64,000 nt of DNA from a bacterium. GTDB taxonomy: Bacteria; JADJOY01. The translations under genes were made by a program, and so were the position numbers. Positions 62,972 to 64,000 of this stretch are shown here, in pieces (position 1 is the stretch's first letter; the number at the start of each line of letters is the position of its first letter). The notes below the pieces were generated by a model. The model searched no databases, was not told the origin of the DNA, and saw only the letters and a program-made list of their open reading frames with translations. Location: positions 62,001 through 126,000 of the forward strand of contig JAXLQJ010000004.1 of the NCBI GenBank assembly GCA_046331705.1, written 5' to 3'.

Positions 62972-64000
62972 TCACGGGACGTCAGCAACGGCGCGCAGCG
63001 ACACCCGCGTCGGCACACGCACCCGATCCTTCGGATACGCGAGGTTGAGGATGAGCGGCTCGCCGCCGCGCGCCACGAATCGGCTGCTCCACGTCGCCGC
63101 GCCGCCCGGCAGCTCGAGGTGCGTGTCCACGGCGGAGGAGAGCGCGATCGCGACACCGGGCGTCGGCTCGCCCTTCTCACCCGCCGGGAACGCGAGCGTG
63201 AGCTCGGCGAGCTGCGTGACCGCCGCGCTCGGCAGATCGATCCGATAGACGAGTCGCTCGCCCTCGCTCGACCACGACACGTCGCGCGCGTGCTCGCGCC
63301 ACGTCGACTCGTCGAGCACCCACGGCGCCCCCGTCCACGCCTCGCGCGTGGCGTCGAGACGATAGAGCGAGAGCACCAGCTGGTCGAAGAAGAGCCGCTC
63401 CACCAAGCCGTGGGCGGCGTCCATGTGCGCCGTGACGCGCTGGCTCACGAGCGGGGCGATCTCGAGCAAGCCGAACTCGCGCTCCCGGAAATCGATCACC
63501 CACACGCGGCGGAAGGCACGGTTCTCGAGCGCCTCCGGCAGCGGGAACTCGCGATCGTCGGCCGGCAGCCACACCAGCGGCCGACGCTCGTCGCCAGCGC
63601 CGAGCGCGAGCCGCGCGAACCCCGAGGCTTCCTGGAAGGACAGCGCACCGCGACTCACCTCGTCCACCACCAGCGGCGAGTAGAAGAAACGCGGCAAGAC
63701 TCCCACCGCATCGCCGTCCGCGAGGTTCGCACGGATGTGGCGCGCCGCCGACCGGATGTCGGGCCGCGACGCGTGCCCGCGGGCGAGCAGCGACGCGACC
63801 AGCGCGACACACGGCAGCGCGACCCATGCCGCTCGTCGGAGGCAGCGGCTCGCGGCGCGCGACACGGGCGCGAGGCGAGCCGCGAGCACGTCGACGGCCA
63901 TCACCGGCACGAGCGCGGTGAGCGGCAGGAACGGGAGGAAATGGCGCGCGCCAAAGTACGTGCCGCCGGCGGCGATCGCGTACTCGTGCTGCTGGTAGAT
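62972..64000 (-). CDS. Membrane protein, GT39/GT-C-like, 5' part outside the window
   Basis: The frame is open to the window end: ARHFLPFLP, a TM helix, RPDIRSAARHI, GDAVGV, RRVWVI, resembling the C-terminal part of GT-C proteins. Confidence 0.55.
   Translation of the reverse strand: MYQQHEYAIAAGGTYFGARHFLPFLPLTALVPVMAVDVLAARLAPVSRAASRCLRRAAWVALPCVALVASLLARGHASRPDIRSAARHIRANLADGDAVGVLPRFFYSPLVVDEVSRGALSFQEASGFARLALGAGDERRPLVWLPADDREFPLPEALENRAFRRVWVIDFREREFGLLEIAPLVSQRVTAHMDAAHGLVERLFFDQLVLSLYRLDATREAWTGAPWVLDESTWREHARDVSWSSEGERLVYRIDLPSAAVTQLAELTLAFPAGEKGEPTPGVAIALSSAVDTHLELPGGAATWSSRFVARGGEPLILNLAYPKDRVRVPTRVSLRAVADVP

Overview
A very GC-rich bacterial chromosome segment. It is probably from Myxococcota or a related deltaproteobacterial lineage, inferred from a MYXO-CTERM-like tail, a TIGR04551-like outer-membrane protein and the cmk-rpsA-sppA-HIT-lapA-mutS block. 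Positions 1 to about 17.4 kb are full of frameshifting indels (probably long-read or low-coverage consensus error), but the genes can still be read across frames: a 7TM-DISM diguanylate cyclase, an outer-membrane barrel, a tandem double ATP-grasp protein followed by a KamA-family aminomutase, a RibBA-like protein, DUF885, a B12 radical SAM enzyme, a LOG-family protein, acetoacetate-CoA ligase, FadL and TetR. From about 17.4 kb the frames are mostly clean: SDR, acyltransferase-3, P450, and a surface-glycan locus (MurJ-like flippase, radical SAM/SPASM, methyltransferase-GT4 fusion, B12 radical SAM, LbH acyltransferase, GT-C-like protein). These are followed by housekeeping genes (mutS, HIT, sppA, rpsA, cmk, lon, ihfB, tRNA-Arg, UDG, thiI), an orphan Flp pilin, an M14 carboxypeptidase, GH4, a ferredoxin and a second envelope-modification region. 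The best candidates for an undescribed system are the ATP-grasp x2 + KamA + degenerate RibBA + DUF885 cluster and the radical-SAM-rich glycan-tailoring loci. I saw no CRISPR array, rRNA or mobile element. All calls come from reading motifs by eye, and coordinates in frameshifted regions are approximate.
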